Source: Octopus sinensis (Eukaryota). From it: 64,000 bases of DNA. This document shows, piece by piece, positions 61,367 to 64,000 of the stretch; the stretch's first letter is position 1; each line of letters opens with the position of its first letter. Below the pieces are notes generated by a model. It ran no database searches and was not told the DNA's origin. It worked only from the letters and a program-made list of their open reading frames with translations. The DNA is taken from the NCBI RefSeq assembly GCF_006345805.1, contig NC_042998.1:103354001-103418000 (forward strand), in the 5' to 3' direction. Position numbers and translations under genes: made by a program.

Positions 61367-62005
61367 GGCGCAGGAGTGGGTGTATGGTAAGAAGCTTGCT
61401 TCCCAACCATATGGTTCCGGGTTCAGTCCCACTGCGTGGAACCTTCGGTGAGTGTCTTCTACTATAGCCTCGGGCCAACCAAAGCCATGTGAGTGAATTT
61501 GGTAGACGGAAACTGAAAGAAGCCCGTCGAATATATGCGTGTGTGTGTGTTAGTGTGTGTGTGTGTGTGTATGTGTACCCCACCCCCATTGCTTGACAAC
61601 CGATATTGGTGTGTTTACTTCCCAGTAACTTAGTGGTTCATAAGGCGGTAAGCTGGCAGAAACGCTAGCACGCCGGGCGAAATGCTTAGCGGTATTTCAT
61701 CTGCCGCTATGTTCTGAGTTCAAATTCCGCCGAGGTCGACTTTGCCTTTCATCCTTTCGGGGTCGGTTAAATAAGTACCAGTTACGCACTGGGGTCGATA
61801 TAATCGACTCAATCCATTTGTCAGTCTTTGTTTGTCCACTCTGCGTGTAGCCCCTTGTGGGCAGTAGAGAAATAAGTAACCTAGCGGTTCAACAAAAAAG
61901 CCCGATAGAATAAGTACTAAGCTTACAAAGAATAAATCCTGGGGTCCATTTGTTCGACTAAAGGTGGTGCTCCAGCATGGCCGCAGTCAAATGACTGAAA
62001 CAAGT
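61367..62005 (+). mobile_element. SINE family A interrupted by a family B SINE (61641-61874)
   Basis: TSD GTAACTTAGTGGTTCA (61625-61640) and GTAACCTAGCGGTTCA (61876-61891). Confidence 0.88.
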
Positions 62006-62337
62006 ATAATAATAAAAGTATAAAAGAATACATACATACATATATCGCTTTTTCCTCTTTTGTCTCGGTCGTCGTTACTTCTGGCTCTCGGTTTATCACG
62101 AGGCATTGAGGAAACATCTTCATAATCCTTACTCTACTAGAAATTGCAGTGACATTTCCTTCAAATTACGTTCTGTCATTACATTGAATGATGTAGTCTA
62201 AAAAAGGGACGGCTATGGCTGGAATCCCTTTGTTTATAAGTTTGCTCGATTAGTACCAGCTAGAATTAAGTATCAAAGGTCATTAGTTTATATTCGAGCA
62301 AACAAAGTCGTTTGACCGGCCAGAAATAGAACCTAAT

Positions 62338-62760
62338 GGCGGTGAGGTGGCAGAAGCGTTAGCACACCGGGCGAAATGCTTAGCAGTATTTCGTCTGCTT
62401 TTACGTTCTGAGTTCAAATTCCACCGAGGTCGACTTTGCCTTTCATCCTTTCGGGGTCGGTAAGTTAAATACCAGTTACGCACTGGGGTCGATATAATCG
62501 ACTTAATCCGTCTGTCTGTCCTTGTTTGTCTCCTCTGTGTTTAGCCCCTTGTAGGTAGTAAAGAAATAGGTATTTCGGCTACCGGTCTGCCGCTACGTTC
62601 TGTGTTCAAATTCTGCCGAGGTCGTTTTTGCCTTTCATCCTTCCGGGTTCGATAAATTAAGTACCAGTTACGCACTAGAATCGATATAATCGACTTAATC
62701 CGTTTGTCTATCTTTGTTTGTCCCTTCTATGTTTAGTCTCTTGTGGGCAATAAAGAAATA
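62338..62760 (+). mobile_element. Family B SINE dimer inside a single TSD
   Basis: Exact 16-bp TSD AGAAATAGAACCTAAT at 62322-62337 and 62761-62776. Confidence 0.85.
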
Positions 62761-63069
62761 AGAAATAGAACCTAATCTCACTCAAACAACATTATCTACC
62801 GTCTTAAAAAATGTTGGATGGTATAGACTCACGTATAGTATGTCTCAGAAAAGCAAAAACATGTGATAGTCATGGCTGTAACGTCTTTCCAGTCAAGCCC
62901 GACCTGAAGTTGAACCACCTCAATAACTATTGTTCCAGATGACAATAATTCTAAAATGAAAGGCTCCAGCATGAAATTAGTTCTTGGGTGACCGACGCTG
63001 TGTCTCACCTACTTTCTCGCTTCCACTAACGGACATACACACACATGGATGCGCGCGCAGGTAAGCATG

Positions 63070-63105
<36 letters not shown>

Positions 63106-63447
63106 AACAGACTCAGTTTTTCACACCATTTGCCATTTATTTTTGGCATCATATATACCACTAACGTTCACAAGTCACAGCCAACCATTCAAGAGTTGCA
63201 ATTAAGAGAGTTCGTGAAGTCAAAAGAGAGAGAGAGAGAAAGACAGACAGACAGAGAAAGAGACAGAGAAAGCGAGAGAGAGGGGGAAGCATACAGACAA
63301 ACAGAAACAGAGAGACAGACAAAAGACAGAGAGACAGACAGAAGGACAGAGAGAGGGAGACAGAGACAGAGACAGACAGAAGGGGAGCTGTTCGTTTTTT
63401 GGAATACATTGATTTGCTGATTTTTATGTGTGCGTGTGTGTGTGTAT

Positions 63448-63484
<37 letters not shown>

Positions 63485-63667
63485 AACACGTCCTTATTTT
63501 TGTTTTCTTAAATGTAAACCTTTACATAAAAAAGTGTTAAAAACATTGTAAAATGAATGAGAAAATAAAAGATATGTTTATAGTACACCTGTCCCCAAAT
63601 GGATTATTTCTCTGACCCATTTTACACAAACATATTGTATATATATATACACTCACATAAATATTCG

Positions 63668-63930
63668 TTATTCAAATCGTGTAAACATGGAAGCATTCAA
63701 GCTTAATTTTAGCCGCACACAAACAATGTACCATACTACTTTTCCTGCCGGAGATCTTTTATGTGATTGTGCCACCTGTCGAAATTGCAGCCTCATCTCC
63801 GTCGTATCATTATACCCCCATCGTTTTAATATAAGCAAGGACTCACTGGATAATGTACTTCCAGACGGACAGTACCAAACAAAATAGGCATGAGCTCGAT
63901 GGTCGTGGTCGGAACGCCTTCCCTTCATAA
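63668..63930 (-). other. Non-repetitive open frame, possible exon of an unidentified gene
   Basis: LMKGRRSDHDHRAHAYFVWYCPSGSTLSSESLLILKRWGYNDTTEMRLQFRQ; splice sites weak. Confidence 0.25.
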
Positions 63931-64000
63931 GTCTGCTTGATGCATGTATTAATGTATATGTATATGATACTGGGGTATTGTAAATTTGAAACAAAAAATT

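Noticed and set aside
62133-62200. Minus-strand exon-like segment with good splice sites
   Set aside because: Part of a dispersed repeat also seen near 27195 and 44440.

Overview
AT-rich, repeat-saturated metazoan DNA. The SINE, RTE and microsatellite content looks like an octopus or other cephalopod (inference from repeat content). I reconstructed one host gene by hand: a 9-exon plus-strand gene (26503-51245, 264 aa from ATG 26505) with consistent splice phases that resembles the kinetochore MIS12-complex subunit DSN1. It sits in a strongly CpG-depleted domain. The rest is mobile DNA: R4/Dong LINE fragments in (TAA)n, two HERO-clade LINE fragments, RTE LINEs, Penelope-like remnants (one with an intact minimal hammerhead ribozyme), Tc1/mariner elements (including a full-length DD36E-type and a DD37D), self-nested piggyBac derivatives, hAT, Tc2-like, Merlin/MULE-like and foldback MITEs, a Helitron end and at least three tRNA-derived SINE families. 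The most unusual structure is at 3.1-8.8 kb: two tandem, highly diverged, decayed ORF1-only units (RRM-like plus CCHC knuckle, no RT) with putative spliced leaders. One is bounded by ~110-bp direct repeats that also occur as a solo copy in a (TA)n tract. All alignments, identities and counts were done by eye; family names rely on recalled motifs and need database confirmation.
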